Shown here in pieces: positions 41,801-53,400 of a DNA stretch of 64,000 nt. The stretch is from Cyanophora paradoxa CCMP329 (taxonomy: Eukaryota > Plantae > Glaucophyta): positions 124,001 through 188,000 of the forward strand of contig QPMI01000040.1 in NCBI GenBank assembly GCA_004431415.1, read 5' to 3'. The notes below the pieces were generated by a model that saw only the letters and a program-made list of their open reading frames with translations, was not told the origin of the DNA and made no database searches. Position numbers and translations under genes: made by a program. Within the stretch, counting starts at the first letter, position 1; each line of letters begins with the position of its first letter.

Positions 41801-44178
41801 CGTTCAGCAGCCCCGTCGACGTCACGGTCCCCGTCACCCCGACCATGCCCGTCGCCAGCGCGTTGCCCGAGATGTCGACGCTCAGCTGGTTCCACCGAAC
41901 GTTCAGCCCGCCGTTCGCGTTCAGCAGCCCCGTCGACGTCACCGTCCCCGTCACCCCCACCATGCCTGTCGCCAGCGCGTTGCCCGAGATGTCCACGCTC
42001 AGCTGGTTCCACCGAACGTTCAGCCCGCCGTTCGCGTTCAGCAGCCCCGTCGACGTCACGGTCCCCGTCACCCCGACCATGCCCGTCGCCAGCGCGTTGC
42101 CCGAGATGTCCACGCTCAGCTGGTTCCACCTCACGTTCAGCCCTCCGTTCGCGTTCAGCAGCCCCGTCGAGGTAACGGTCCCAGTGATCCGAAGAAGTCC
42201 CGTGATGAGCACGTTGCCCGAAATGTCAACGACAAGCTTGTTTGCCATGATGTTAATGCCGCCGTTCGTGTTCAGCAGCCCCGTCGACGTCACGGTCCCC
42301 GTCACCCCGACCATGCCCGTTGCCAGCGCGTTGCCGGAAATGTCGACGCTCAGCTGGTTCCACCGCACGTTGAGCCCTCCATTGGCGTTTAACAACCCAG
42401 TCGACGTTGCAGTGCCTGTCACTCCCACGAGACCAGTTGCGAGCACGTTTCCGGAAATGTCGACGACAAAACGATTGCTCATTGTGTTGAGCCCTCCGTT
42501 GGCGTTGATCAGTGCAGTTGATGTCACGGAGCCCGTGATGCCAGTGGAGCCTGTGATGAGAGTTTCACCAAAACTCGTGACACTGAACTGGCTTGGCTGA
42601 ATGCAGATGCCCCCATTCGCATAGAGCATCTTTGTCACTGTAAGCGTCTCAGCGATGTAGGCGTCATGGTCGACCATAAGGCTCCCGCCGACAGTCGTAT
42701 TGCTGTGTACATACAGGGTTCCGACGATGTCGCCATTGCCCCGAACGTAGGCGTTGCCCATGAAGGTCAAGTTATTCGGCGAAACGTACAGATAGTTTGA
42801 TGCAGCGATGACTGTGCCCGTCACAACGAGGTTGCCGGTCAGGTCCGTGTTCCTTGCTACTCGCAAGTCGTTTGAGACTTGGACAGTTGCCGTCACGAGG
42901 TCAATGACGTTCGGTGCGGTAATATTAACCTGGGCGTCGCCAGAAATAGTGTAACCGTCGAAGTTGAGGTTGTCCATTCGAACGTAATTCGATCCCGCGG
43001 CCGTGATGAAGATGTTGCTTGAGGACTGAATCGTCATCGGATTCGTTGAGCTCATCGTGTTCATCGAGAAGTTAAAGTTCTCGATCCGGACGTCGTTTGT
43101 GCCGGATATCGTAGTGATGCGCCCGACTATAGTGAAAAAGAAAAAAAGGAGCAATCAGAAGAGCAAAGAAGCGGCCCCGGAATTCGGCGCCAAGGAACGC
43201 ACCAGAGCGCAAAAGGAGACCGTTGCTAGAGTCTGTGGACATGATTGTGCCCTGGCCGAAGCTCAGGTTGTCCAACCAGATCTTGCTGTTCCGCGTCTGC
43301 GGAAGAGGTCAAAAAGGAACGCTCACATGCAAAACGTAGCGGGGCACAAACGAACCGGAAGAGAAAGTGTGATGTTTACATCTGACGAGGAATCCAGCCC
43401 GGCGGTAATGTTGATGTTGCCCTTGCTGTAAAGGTTCAAACCAACACTGGGAGTGATGCCGCCTATCGTGGCTCCCAGACCAAGATACAGGTCCGGCCCA
43501 ACTAGCTCGTGGCTCGTGACATAGAGTGTGGGCGTCCTGGTCCATTGGGAGACCTGCGAGGCGAGAGCGAGCAGGCGTCTGTAAGCGAGTGCCCTGCAGG
43601 AGCAGAGCGTGCCGGGTTCGAGCATCAGAAACGCACATCTAGCCTGCCGTAGATGAGCGCATCGACAGTTTGCCCGGCAGAGCCGCGGCCCAGCGTCAAG
43701 TTGCCAGTAACATACAGGTCCACTTTCGGAGCGGTCGGGATCTCGTAATAACCTGATCGAAGTCGCGCACGCGCGTGAGCACAGCCGCCTCCGCATGCGC
43801 GAGGGCGCGCTCCGGCAGGCTAGTCTCGGATTCCGGTCACAGGCCGGGATGCTCGTGCGGAGCTAGGTCGCCCATGCGGGGCGGGAGGAAGACACAGCCA
43901 ACGCACCTATTTGAGTGGTCTGTTGGATTGTGACATTGCCACGCGTGGACACCGTGATCCTGCGAACGAGGCAAGCTCGGCACACAGCGCGCGAAAGAAC
44001 CAGCCAGGGTGGCGGGCGGGAAGCACCATCCGTGCGCAGTCCCTAGGAAGCAAAGGACAAGAAACAGCCCCGGGAAGGCTAGCTGGTGCGCCCCTCCGTC
44101 CGCTGGCAAGCTGTGCGGCTTCCAGCGAGACGGCCTGGTTCTGGGGCATCCAGGGTCCGCGCCTCTGTGGCGGGCCAT
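14817..44178 (-). CDS. Giant secreted beta-repeat (fibre-like) protein, about 9,640 aa; exons 44178-44027, 43959-43907, 43752-43637, 43553-43356, 43296-43203, 43126-14817
   Basis: There is a 9445-codon stop-free ORF whose apparent MLLFFFFTI start is the polypyrimidine tract of an intron (ctgatt...ttttcactatag). Five GT-AG introns (67, 154, 83, 59 and 76 nt) splice in frame to give M...LAFPGLFLVLCFLGTAHG-WITVSTRGNVT...LLLRSVGRITTISG. The spliced CDS is 28,923 nt, a multiple of 3. Confidence 0.9.
15470..42480 (-). repeat. Coding tandem array of a 117-bp (39-aa) unit, about 215-225 copies in four blocks separated by unique linkers
   Basis: Type A unit: TGMVGVTGTVTSTGLLNANGGLNVRWNQLSVDISGNALA. 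Type B unit: TGAVGLTGTLTSTGLLNANGFLNVMANQFVVDMSGNVLG. Copy number is estimated as block length divided by 117. Confidence 0.97.
17300..19830 (-). repeat. Higher-order 351-bp (3 x 39 aa) repeat within the array
   Basis: Cyclic order of variants VDPSGNVLSTGIVGI / VDMSGNVLGTGALGL / VDTSGNVLATGAVGI, with near-identical DNA at a 351-bp period. Confidence 0.85.
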
Positions 44179-44471
44179 GCTGCGGTTGCAGCGAAGCGAG
44201 GCAAGCTCGCCGAGGGCGTTCTACCGCATGCTACCGATGCGAGAGGCACATCCCCGACCTGGCGCTCGCTTCTTCAACCCAGGCTGTACTATTGCGTAAA
44301 GCTTCTGCTTCGTCAGCTGCGCACGATGTCGCTCACTAAACCCGCCGGTGGCGTGTAGGCTGCGCGCTCGAGATTTCGCGTACCCCGATTGACGAGCCAG
44401 CCTCAGCCAGCTAGCAAGTTTGCTAGCGAGATGCGGCCCCCGGAAGCGCGTTCAGAGTGGGAACAGTGACG
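44179..44471. promoter_or_regulatory. Putative bidirectional promoter between two divergent secreted-protein genes
   Basis: 293 bp separate the inferred ATGs (44178 on -, 44472 on +). It contains the dyad gctagcaa-gt-ttgctagc at 44410-44427. Function is inferred from geometry only. Confidence 0.55.
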
Positions 44472-47400
44472 ATGGGGCGGTTTCGAGGCCCGCTGCTGGC
44501 TGCGAGCGGCGAGCGGGCCTCCGCGGCGCGGCACCTGCAGCTGGCCCGACTGGTTTACGCCGCAACGTGGGCATGCCTTCTCTGCGCTGCAGAAGGTCCG
44601 CCTCGCCCTCGGAGCGCGCGCCAGCTAAGCGGGGGTTTCTCACGTCTGCCGCGTCTGCAGCTAGCCTGTTCCGCGCGGGCGCCTTGTCCTTCTCCGCGAC
44701 CGGCTACAACGCGGCGAAGATCGCTTTGCTTGAGCCCGCTAGCGGCGTCCTGTACGTCGGGCTCGACACGATCCCAGCGCGCATCGTTCGCGTGCGCATG
44801 CGGCCCTGCCCCGCGCGCGTATGCCGTAACGAGCGCACCCTGCAGGTGAATCCAGAATCGATGCAGCCGATTGTACCAACGCTGCTGATCCACGGCGGGT
44901 CCCAGCTGCTCGCGGATGGCTCGGCCCCGGTCTGCGACACCGCGCTCGACGAGACAAGCGTCGCGGCGAGCTTCTCTGCGGGTATTGTGGCGGGAGCGCT
45001 CGACGCTTCCGGCTCGGCGTCGTACTGGGCGCTCGGCACGAGCCCGGGGACGCTCATCCGTGTGCAGACCGCGGCCACTGGCTGCCTCACTTGGGATCAG
45101 AACGCGACCGCGCAGTCGGGGGATGCGGATTTCGTCGCCGTGGTCTCGCACCAAAGCTACGTCTACGCGTCGACGTCCGACGACCCTCCAGTCGTGTACC
45201 AGTTCGCTGCCTCCGACTTGACGGAGGCCGCCCGCCTCGTCGTAGTCGGCAGCTCTGGATCGGTGCGGTCCGCAGTTTTGATCTCGTCGCTTGGACTTGC
45301 CGGCGCGGCCTTCTGGTCCACCTCGGGAGGTTGCATCGTGCGCACGGATCTCGGCGTCGGCTCGTCCTTCTCCCAGCCTGGCACGCCCACGTGCGATAGC
45401 GCCCTGGACCTCTTATCGCTCTCCTCGCATCCTCAAGGCTGGTACATATATGCTGGCACTTCAAGCGCGACGGCCCCCGGGCAGATTCGCCGATACGACA
45501 CATCGACGCCCCTTCCCACCTTCGTAGACTCTGTGACGTTCTCGCTTGCTGCTGAGAAGGGGGCGGGACCACTTCTTTTCGATCCTTACTTGAGTTCTGC
45601 CTACGCCCTGGCGTACGACACGGGCGCAAGCACTCGTACGCCCTTTTGCTTTCGCTCTCCTGCTTCAGTTGATTTCATTTGTAGCTTACGTCGTCCGTCT
45701 GAGTGTCTCTTCCACGTATGCGCTCACGTATGTGTCTTCTCTTGCAATGGCCGCTGGCGAGGGCCCCTTCGGCATCCCTGCGCTCTCTCTTAGCCAGCTC
45801 GTGCGCGCGCTGCTTCGCTTCTAATATTTTTCTCCTTATTCGCTTCATATATTTTTCTCCTTATCTTCTCGCCCTTCAAATTCTCGATGCAGGTCGCCTA
45901 CTATCCCCGAGACACGTCCCCTGGGGGGCTTGTGCGCGTCAATCTCCGAGATGTACAGGGCGCGTCTCGCGTCGGCTCGCTTGAGGTGTCAGGCGCCCAA
46001 AATCCTGGAGTAACGTACACGTTGACCGAATCCTCAACGAAAGCACCGCCTTTCGTTGTCCCCACGTCCTACGACACGAGCGCAACCCCGACATGGATTT
46101 ACCTCGTCTGGAATCCAACCACTGCAGAGGCAACAAAAATGCTTAAGGTGTGATTTGCCAATGTTTGGCAGGTGTGCCAACAGTTGATATCTAATTGCGC
46201 AGTATATCTCGGGATCGAATTCGTTTGAGGGCAGATTCATCTCTCTGATCTCCGGAACTCAATCGTTTCCTGATATCGCTGTTGGCGTCTACTACAAGGT
46301 TCGCCCGTCGAGGGTTCTTGCCTTCCTTTTTTTGAGTTCCTCGCAGCCCGTAGGCGGAAGCCCCCCGCCGGTCTACGGATCGGTGTGGCTTGTGCAGGGG
46401 TACAACGGCATCACTCGCAGCGGGATCGTCAGAGTGCGCATGCAATCTCTAAGAAAGCGCCTGAAGGCCTGACCTGTGCCAGGTTGAAGATCGCGGGCCC
46501 TCAGACAACAACTGGGGCGGCACTGGTACGCCCCTCTATATTTTACAGTCGAGTGAATTCGACATCGGAGTCGGCGACTGCCGTGTCGGCTTCGTGCACT
46601 CCGGCTACGCGTACTTCGGCATGTACGCTACCAACGGGAGCGTCGCGCGCGTGGATCTGGAGGTTCCGTTGGGCGACGCCGGGTGGCAGACCTCGATCTC
46701 GACTTCCCTCAACGGCGGCAGCGTGACCTCGGGCGCCTTGGATTCGTCCGCGGTGCGCCTCGGGTCCCCGCGTTCTCCTCGTGGCAGCGGCCCTCCCTGA
46801 CTCCGTTCCGCTGCTCAGGGCCGCGGCTACTTCGGCACGGCGTACGGCTGTGTCGTGCGATTCCTGCTCCAGCAGCTCTCCCAGACCTTCGCGATGAGCA
46901 ACGTCCTCTGCGGTCTCGGGTCCGACCCGCTCACGTCCGCCGCCGTCGATCCCGCCAACGCGTTCCTGTACCTCGGCTCCTCCGCGGCCTCGGACGGTGC
47001 GAGGCCGACAGCCCCGCGGCCACATCCGCCTTCCGCTGCGTGACTGGCGCGCAGCAACCGCCACGACCGGCGCGACACTGTACAAAGTCCGACTGTCGGA
47101 CTTTACTCTGGTGGCAAGTTTGGCACTCCACAGCGCCGGCAACACGGGCGCGATGAGCGCCACCACGGGATACGCCGACTGGATCCTCCGCAGGCGCGCC
47201 CGCTCCGCCCGCGTCGCTATCCCGCCGTCTGAGGCCGGGCGGGGACGCGCGCAGCATCGCGATCCCGACGGGGGAGACTGCGTTCATCTCCGTCGACACC
47301 GGCACGGACTGTGCGCCCGCCGCCCGGGCTGGACCCGCCCGCCCGCTCTCCGCGATCTCACCAGGCCGCAGCCGCGACCTCACCCGCCGCTCTGGTCGCG

Positions 47401-50400
47401 GTCTACCTCGGCGGATCGTACAGCAACTCGATGCGGCGCCTCTCCACCTTCCGAACGCAGGCGGGCATCGCGGAGGGCCGGCTCACGGGCGCCATTCTCG
47501 CCGGCCACGACCCGAGCGGGTATTTCAAGGCGTACTACACGGCCTGGAGCGACCCGGCGCGGATCATCCGCATCTTTCTGTACAGTGCGCCTCGTCTGCC
47601 GAACGCTAACGCTGACGCTCGCTAAGCCGAAGGCTGAGCCCGACCGTCCGCGCCCCCAGCCCCGGCTCTGACTTCGGTGGCGCCCTCGGACGGCCCCTTC
47701 GGTGCGCTTCGAGGCGCGCGTCGCGTCAGCGACGATGACGGCCGACGCGCCTCGCAGCCGGCGGCAACGCGGTCACGTACGGCGGCACCGGCATGCTCCC
47801 GTCCGTCGCGGGCCACACGGCCACTCTCGGGACGGGCGCGGTCACTGCCCTTTCGATCGCCTCGTGCGTTTCTGTGTCGGGCGCGCCGCCTTCCGCCCCT
47901 GATCGTGCACTGCGCGCAGCTTCACGTCAATCTCAGTTCGTCTCCGGCTTCGTGTTCCGCTCCTTTCTTCCCTCAGACTCAGACTCGCATTTCCGCCGCA
48001 GGGCACCCTCCCCACGTCCGGCTTCGCGGCTGGCCGCCCGACCTTCACCCTCACCTCCCCCGCGTTCGGCTCCGTGACGTCCTCCCTGTACACGGTCAAC
48101 CCGGGTCCGCCGTCGTCGCCCTCCCCTTAGTCCCTCTGGCGCGCCCTGACGCCTACGCCGCTCTGCAGCCGCGACCATCGCCTCCGCGGTCCCCAACAAC
48201 GGCCCCTACGCCCGCAACGTCACGGTCACCATCACCGGGACCAACTTCCTCCTGCAGGCGCCCGTGTCGTCGCTCGCGCTCCGATCTGCAGCCTGACGTT
48301 CGCTACAGGACCCGACGCTCCACCTCTCGCTCGTCCTCACCACCAACCCCACGACCGTCGTCTCGACCCTGTCCACGACCATCGTCAGCACAACGACGCT
48401 CCGCTCCGTTCTCCGAGGCAGCGCCGCCGCCGCGGGCGCCTACGACCTCGAGCTCACCTCGCCCCGCTTCGGCACTGCCACCCTCGCCTCCGGCTACACC
48501 GTCAACCCTCGTGAGCCCTAGATCTCGTTCCCGTTTGGGTTTCGGGCTGCGCTGACGGCGGAGCAGCCGCCACCATCTCGTACTCGGTCCCCGCGGACGG
48601 CCCCTGGAGTGGCGGAAACCAGGTGATTCTTTCGTGCAGTCTTGTTCCTCGCGCCGGCTTTTCACGCTTTCCCAGATCACCATCTTCGGCACGAACTTCC
48701 TGACGCCCGACACGAGCATCGCGGCCTCCGTGGGCGCCGTCGCCGCGTCGGGCGTCGCGCCGCTCAACGCGACCGCCTTCGTTCTCACCGTCCCCGCCTC
48801 CAACGCCACCTTCGTCTCGCTCGCCCCGGGCACCTACAACGTCTCCGCCGCCTCCGACCGCTTCGGCGACGCCTTCGCCGACGCTGTGTACACCGTCAAC
48901 CCCCGTGCGCCGTTGCCTCCGGTCGCGTTTCATTGCTTGTGACGCGCTCTTCAGCCGCGACGGTCACGGCGGTCAGTCCCACCGACGGCCCCTACAACGG
49001 AAACCGCGTTGTCACCGTCTTCGGCACCAACTTCTTCGCGGTCGACCCGGGCATCGTCGCGGCGTTCGGCGCGGCCTACACCACGACGTCCGCCCGCCCG
49101 CCCGCCCGCCCGCCGGCGAGTCTCGCCGCTCGCGACGCGCCGCCCACGCTTCTCGCGCGCGCGCAGCACGGTCACGCTGGTCAACTCGACGCAGCTCGAG
49201 TTCCTGGCGCCGACGATGGCCATGGCCGCCGGCCTTTACGACGTCGTTCTGACGTCGCCCCGCTTCGGCGTCGCCAACGGCTCGCAACTCTTCACCGTCA
49301 ACCCCCGTGCGCGCATTTCTTCTCTTCCTGCCCCGCTCGCCCACTTCGCGGGATGTAACGGGCCGCTTCTTCGTCCGCAGAGGCCTTCGTCGACTACACG
49401 ATCCCGGCGGACTGGTCCTACAACGGCGGCGTATCGCTCACCATTTTCGGGCGGAATTTCTTCGAGGCGGAGGCGGGCGTGGCCGTCACGGTGGGCGGCG
49501 CCTCCTGCACCTCGGTCGTCGTGCTCAACGCGACGGCCATCAACGTGACGCTGCCGGTGCCGATTCCGTACGCGGTTTCGAACCCGCCGATGGTGGTCGA
49601 GTCCTACCGCTTCGGCACAGCCAACAGCACCTACTTTCGTGTCAACCCGCGTGCGCTCCGCTCCCTTTTCCGCTCTGTCTTCGCCGCCCTCATGGGCCGC
49701 ACCAGCGATGAACGTCACGTCGGTGACGCCCACGAACGGCCCGCTGCGCGGCAACACGACGGTCACCATCTCCGGGACGGGCTTCCCCCTCGACGACCCG
49801 ACCGTCGTTCTCTCCCTCGGCGGCGCGCCGTGGACGAACTTCACCATCTCGTCCTCGACGCAGATCCTCGCGACGATCCCGTCGTACCCGCTTCCAGTGC
49901 GCCGCAGCCGATTCGGCTACCTGCCTTCGTGCGCTGTTTCTCTGCTCTGAACTCTTGTGCAGGCGGGCACGTACGCCGTCGGCATCACCGCCGAGCGCTA
50001 CGGCTCCGCGACGCTCGCCGGGGGGTACACGCTCAACCCGGCGGCGACGATCGCGTCCGTGTACCCCGCCGAGGGAGGCGACGGGGGAGGGAACTTCGTG
50101 ACGCTCACGGGTACCAACTTCTTCGCGGGCGAGGCGGGCCTCTACGCCACTTTCAACTCGCTGGTCACCGCCTCCGTCACGGCCCTCTCCACGACCCGCC
50201 TCCTCGTCGTTACGCCGCGCGGCGCGGACGGTGCGGCGCTTCTTTGCCTCTGAGAGCTCGCCGGCCGCGTCTGCCCTCCTAAAGCGACGCCTTCACCTCG
50301 CAGTGGGATACCCCCTCATCACCGTGTACTCCGCCCGCTTTGGAGAGGCGACCACCTCGTCGTACAGGGTCTTCCCCGGTGCGCGCCGCGGTCTTCCTCT

Positions 50401-53400
50401 CCCCTTCGGCTCTGCCGTCCATTTGAATCCGACCCCGCCCTCCCTCCAGAGCCCTACATCTCGTACAGCGTGCCCAGCGATGGGCCCTTCGTCGGCGGGA
50501 ACCGAATCACAGTGCGCGGGCGGCGGGCGCCGGCTCGTGAGGTTACATAATAAAACTCCTGAACTTTTCGGGCAGCTCTTCGGGCAGAACTTCGTGGCGA
50601 ACGAGACGGCGACGGAGGTCGACATCACGATCTTCACCGTCGGCTCCCCGTCCGTCTTCCGGCCGCCTTCCTTCGCCGTCACGTCGAACACGACCATCGA
50701 GGCCCGCCCGCCCGCCCGCCCGCCCGCCGCGACCCGACCCGACGCCCGCGGGGGAGCGATCGTCTTAGGGGAGCCAGGACGCTAAAAACGGCTCTATAGA
50801 GGTGCTGTAGGGAAGCTGAGTCGTGGGGACCTGTACCAACGTCCGTGTCGAGGAGGAGAGACATTATTCTCTCCTAACATATCGCGTGTAGCCCTGCCGT
50901 CGAAGCCCTCCTCCGCGTGTCTGTCGGCCCTCTGCAGCTGACGCTGCTCGCAGCTGACGGTGCCCGGCGTGAGCCTGGGCGCCGGCCTCCAGAACGTCAC
51001 CGTGGACTCCATCCGCTTTGGTTTCATCTGGGCGACCGTATACACCGTCAACCCGCGTGCGCCCCGCCCGCGCCCGCCCGCGCCCCGGTTGGTTGGTCGC
51101 CTCCGAGATGCAGAGCCGCGCGACGCAGAGCCGACGGTCGCGTCCACGTCCCCGTCCAACTTGCCCTCCGCCGAGTGCCACGGCATGGCCGTCACCATCA
51201 TCGGCACCAACTTTATCGTGAACGACACCGTCACGGCCCGGCTCGGCAAGCCTTTCGCTAATACGATACAGCTCCATAGCCTCTCGCGCTGACCGCCGGG
51301 CGCCCGGCCCGCAGGCTCCGTCACCCTCGAGAACGTGACCGTGGTCTCCGGCACGTCCCTGGGGGGCGTCCTCCCCGCCACGGGCGCGTTTCCCGTCGGC
51401 GGCGTGACCGTCACCATCTCTTCGACGCGGACGGGCTCCGCCACGCGCGCCAACGGGTTCACGTTCAACCCCCGTGCGCCCCGTCGATCCCGCCAACGCG
51501 TTCCTGTACCTCGGCTCCTCCGCGGCCTCGGACGGTGCGAGGCCGACAGCCCCGCGGCCACATCCGCCTTCCGCTGCGTGACTGGCGCGCAGCAACCGCC
51601 ACGACCGGCGCGACACTGTACAAAGTCCGACTGTCGGACTTTACTCTGGTGGCAAGTTTGGCACTCCACAGCGCCGGCAACACGGGCGCGATGAGCGCCA
51701 CCACGGATACGCCGACTGGATCCTCCGCAGGCGCGCCCGCTCCGCCCGCGTCGCTATCCCGCCGTCTGAGGCCGGGCGGGGACGCGCGCAGCATCGCGAT
51801 CCCGACGGGGAGACTGCGTTCATCTCCGTCGACACCGGCACGGACTGTGCGCCCGCCGCCCGGGCTGGACCCGCCCGCCCGCTCTCCGCGATCTCACCAG
51901 GCCGCAGCCGCGACCTCACCCGCCGCTCTGGTCGCGGTCTACCTCGGCGGATCGTACAGCAACTCGATGCGGCGCCTCTCCACCTTCCGAACGCAGGCGG
52001 GCATCGCGGAGGGCCGGCTCACGGGCGCCATTCTCGCCGGCCACGACCCGAGCGGGTATTTCAAGGCGTACTACACGGCCTGGAGCGACCCGGCGCGGAT
52101 CATCCGCATCTTTCTGTACAGTGCGCCTCGTCTGCCGAACGCTAACGCTGACGCTCGCTAAGCCGAAGGCTGAGCCCGACCGTCCGCGCCCCCAGCCCCG
52201 GCTCTGACTTCGGTGGCGCCCTCGGACGGCCCCTTCGGTGCGCTTCGAGGCGCGCGTCGCGTCAGCGACGATGACGGCCGACGCGCCTCGCAGCCGGCGG
52301 CAACGCGGTCACGTACGGCGGCACCGGCATGCTCCCGTCCGTCGCGGGCCACACGGCCACTCTCGGGACGGGCGCGGTCACTGCCCTTTCGATCGCCTCG
52401 TGCGTTTCTGTGTCGGGCGCGCCGCCTTCCGCCCCTGATCGTGCACTGCGCGCAGCTTCACGTCAATCTCAGTTCGTCTCCGGCTTCGTGTTCCGCTCCT
52501 TTCTTCCCTCAGACTCAGACTCGCATTTCCGCCGCAGGGCACCCTCCCCACGTCCGGCTTCGCGGCTGGCCGCCCGACCTTCACCCTCACCTCCCCGCGT
52601 TCGGCTCCGTGACGTCCTCCCTGTACACGGTCAACCCGGGTCCGCCGTCGTCGCCCTCCCTTAGTCCCTCTGGCGCGCCCTGACGCCTACGCCGCTCTGC
52701 AGCCGCGACCATCGCCTCCGCGGTCCCAACAACGGCCCCTACGCCCGCAACGTCACGGTCACCATCACCGGGACCAACTTCCTCCTGCAGGCGCCCGTGT
52801 CGTCGCTCGCGCTCCGATCTGCAGCCTGACGTTCGCTACAGGACCCGACGCTCCACCTCTCGCTCGTCCTCACCACCAACCCCACGACCGTCGTCTCGAC
52901 CCTGTCCACGACCATCGTCAGCACAACGACGCTCCGCTCCGTTCTCCGAGGCAGCGCCGCCGCCGCGGGCGCCTACGACCTCGAGCTCACCTCGCCCCGC
53001 TTCGGCACTGCCACCCTCGCCTCCGGCTACACCGTCAACCCTCGTGAGCCCTAGATCTCGTTCCCGTTTGGGTTTCGGGCTGCGCTGACGGCGGAGCAGC
53101 CGCCACCATCTCGTACTCGGTCCCCGCGGACGGCCCCTGGAGTGGCGGAAACCAGGTGATTCTTTCGTGCAGTCTTGTTCCTCGCGCCGGCTTTTCACGC
53201 TTTCCCAGATCACCATCTTCGGCACGAACTTCCTGACGCCCGACACGAGCATCGCGGCCTCCGTGGGCGCCGTCGCCGCGTCGGGCGTCGCGCCGCTCAA
53301 CGCGACCGCCTTCGTTCTCACCGTCCCCGCCTCCAACGCCACCTTCGTCTCGCTCGCCCCGGGCACCTACAACGTCTCCGCCGCCTCCGACCGCTTCGGC

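Noticed and set aside
15470-42480. CRISPR array or non-coding satellite
   Set aside because: There are no unique spacers and no cas genes. The unit is a multiple of 3 and stays open for 28 kb with synonymous divergence.
43127-43154. MLLFFFFTI as the start or signal peptide of the giant ORF
   Set aside because: It is a TTG start lying in an intron polypyrimidine tract that ends in tag; the upstream exons splice in frame.
14817-44178. Prophage, endogenous virus or bacterial contaminant
   Set aside because: There are no capsid, integrase or other viral/bacterial genes nearby. The gene has host-type spliceosomal introns, a signal peptide and eukaryotic neighbours.
50854-50891. Hairpin aggagaga-cattat-tctctcct in a longer intron as a Helitron/MITE end
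   Set aside because: There is no matching CTRR terminus, terminal inverted repeat or target-site duplication; an 8-bp stem is too weak alone.
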